This document shows positions 62,642 to 64,000 of a DNA stretch of 64,000 nucleotides, one piece after another. The notes beneath the pieces are model-generated. The model was not told the DNA's origin. It was given only the letters and a program-made list of their open reading frames with translations, and made no database searches. The stretch is taken from positions 78,058,001 through 78,122,000 of the forward strand of contig NC_043004.1 in NCBI RefSeq assembly GCF_006345805.1, written 5' to 3'. Within the stretch, counting starts at the first letter, position 1. Each line of letters starts with the position of its first letter. This stretch comes from Octopus sinensis (Eukaryota). Made by a program: the position numbers and the translations under genes.

Positions 62642-63075
62642 TCATCATCATCATCATCATTTAGCATCCGCTTTCCATGCTAGCATGGGTTGGACGGGTC
62701 AACTGGGGTCTGTGAAGCTGGAAGGCTTCGTCAGGCCCAGTTAGATCTGGCAGTGTTTCTACGGCTGGATGCCCTTCCTAACACCAACCACTCCGCGAGT
62801 GTAGTGGGTGTTTTTTACGTGCCACCTGCACAGGTGCCAGACAGAGCTGGCAAACGGCCATGAACGGATGGTGCTTTTACGCGTCACCGGCACGGGGCCA
62901 GGCGATGCTGGCAACGGACACGAACGGATGGTGCTTTTACGTGCCACCGACACGAGGCCAGACAGAGCTGGCAAACGGCCACGAACGGACGGTGCTTTTA
63001 CGTGTCACCGACACGGTTGCCAGACAGAGCTGGCAAATGGCCACGAACGGACGATGCTTTTACGTGTCACCGGCA
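62642..63075 (-). mobile_element. RTE 3'-tail copy with ~4.3 copies of a ~61-bp GC-rich unit
   Basis: Tail module 62642-62820, then repeated GT..CACC...GCTGGCAA(A)CGG.CA.GAACGGA.GGTGCTTTTAC units. Confidence 0.85.
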
Positions 63076-63334
63076 CTAAAAATTCTTTAAGGTGGTGCCC
63101 CAGCATGGCCACAGTCTAATGACTGAAACAAATAAAGGAATCTGAATCTCAAATTTCTAGTGAAGCTAATAAACGTTAAACAAGTCTTTCACTCAACATC
63201 TAACGAGGTTAAACTTAAAACGAAATAAAATAATCTGCTTCAACACTGGAAAAACATTGTTACAATCAACATCAAAAACTGGACAAAAAAAATATAGAAA
63301 GGTCATTGCAGTATAATTCTGCAATCACTACCAG

Positions 63335-63713
63335 CGTCGCCTAAAAGAGCACCATCCGAGCATGATCGTTGCCAGAGTGGCTATCTGGCCTCCGTGCCGG
63401 TGGCACGTAAAAGACACCATTCAAGCGTGATCGTTTCCAGCATCGCCTTACTGGCACCTGTGCCAGTGGCATGTGTAAAAAGATTCGAGCGAGGTCTTTG
63501 CCAGTACTGCCTGACTGGCGCCGTGCCGGTGGCACATAAAAGCACCCACTACACTCTCGGAGTGGTTGGCGTTAGGAAGGGCATCCAGCTGTAGAAACTC
63601 TGCCAGATCAAGATTGAAGCCTGGTGCAGCCATCTGGTTCGCCAGCCCTCAGTCATTCATCCAACCCATGCTAGCATGGAAAGCAGATATTAAAAGATGA
63701 TGATGATGATGAT
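63335..63713 (+). mobile_element. RTE 3'-tail copy
   Basis: UTR units, tail module and (GAT)n ending at ~63713. Confidence 0.85.
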
Positions 63714-63869
63714 TCTTTGTTTGTTACAAAGACCAATTATTATCAAACAGCAAAAGATAGAATGCACTTTTCTGAATACGAGTAAGCATGTAACAAGAGT
63801 TTAACATGGCTAAAGTTAGAAAGGTCCAGATGGTAATGAAGGACATGTAGGAAAACCTTGTTTCTTCAG

Positions 63870-63994
63870 GTTTAACTGGAGTTTCTAGCATTGATTCCAA
63901 AGCTGTCTGGTGGGTACAACAGAGCCTTAAAGGACAAGGCCGTCTCTCAGCAGAAAGGAAGGTTATTCGAGTGATACCTTACATAATGCTGTCA
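63870..63994 (+). other. Candidate exon (125 bp) at the window edge, unverified
   Basis: cttgtttcttcag|...|TCAgtaaga; open frame GLTGVSSIDSKAVWWVQQSLKGQGRLSAERKVIRVIPYIMLS. Confidence 0.15.
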
Positions 63995-64000
63995 GTAAGA

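Noticed and set aside
62820-63075. Regularly spaced ~61-bp repeats resembling a CRISPR array
   Set aside because: Units are contiguous tandem repeats without unique spacers, lie in a LINE UTR, and the DNA is eukaryotic with no cas genes.
104-63633. Recurrent short ORFs containing FLQLDALPNANHS or LALGRASSCRN
   Set aside because: Frames through the non-coding RTE 3' tail; they recur only because the repeat does.

Overview
Eukaryotic, AT-rich, extremely repeat-dense non-coding DNA (intron or intergenic). The repeat families look like those of octopus/coleoid cephalopods (inference from repeat content, not from a database search). I cannot support any intact protein-coding gene, rRNA, true tRNA gene or CRISPR array; almost all ORF-track entries come from microsatellites or from repeats read in frame. 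What is present: (1) RTE-clade LINE remnants, including a 2-kb 5'-truncated copy (36867-38822, minus) with a broken RT carrying a PHD-like C4HC3 insert, plus more than 20 short copies of its 3' tail ending in (GAT)n; (2) two different restriction-like-endonuclease non-LTR fragments (14464-14840, 20031-20286); (3) at least four tRNA-headed SINE families, here labelled B, C, D and E; (4) TTAA-flanked MITEs with CCCT...AGGG ends; (5) large simple and compound microsatellite arrays. The most interesting signal is a set of type I hammerhead ribozyme motifs with Penelope-type minimal or palindromic stem III. Four have an intact core (9636-9682 -, 15073-15118 +, 31880-31925 -, 32457-32499 -), three are core variants, and one is split by a SINE insertion. 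Three of them lie in a ~260-bp element (family F) that joins a tRNA-like Pol III head to a hammerhead, and two of its three copies show 5'-inverted (twin-priming-like) insertion structure. A perfect 173-bp fold-back palindrome lies at 20960-21310. Repeat boundaries were read by eye and are approximate (about +/-10-20 bp) unless a target-site duplication (TSD) is quoted.
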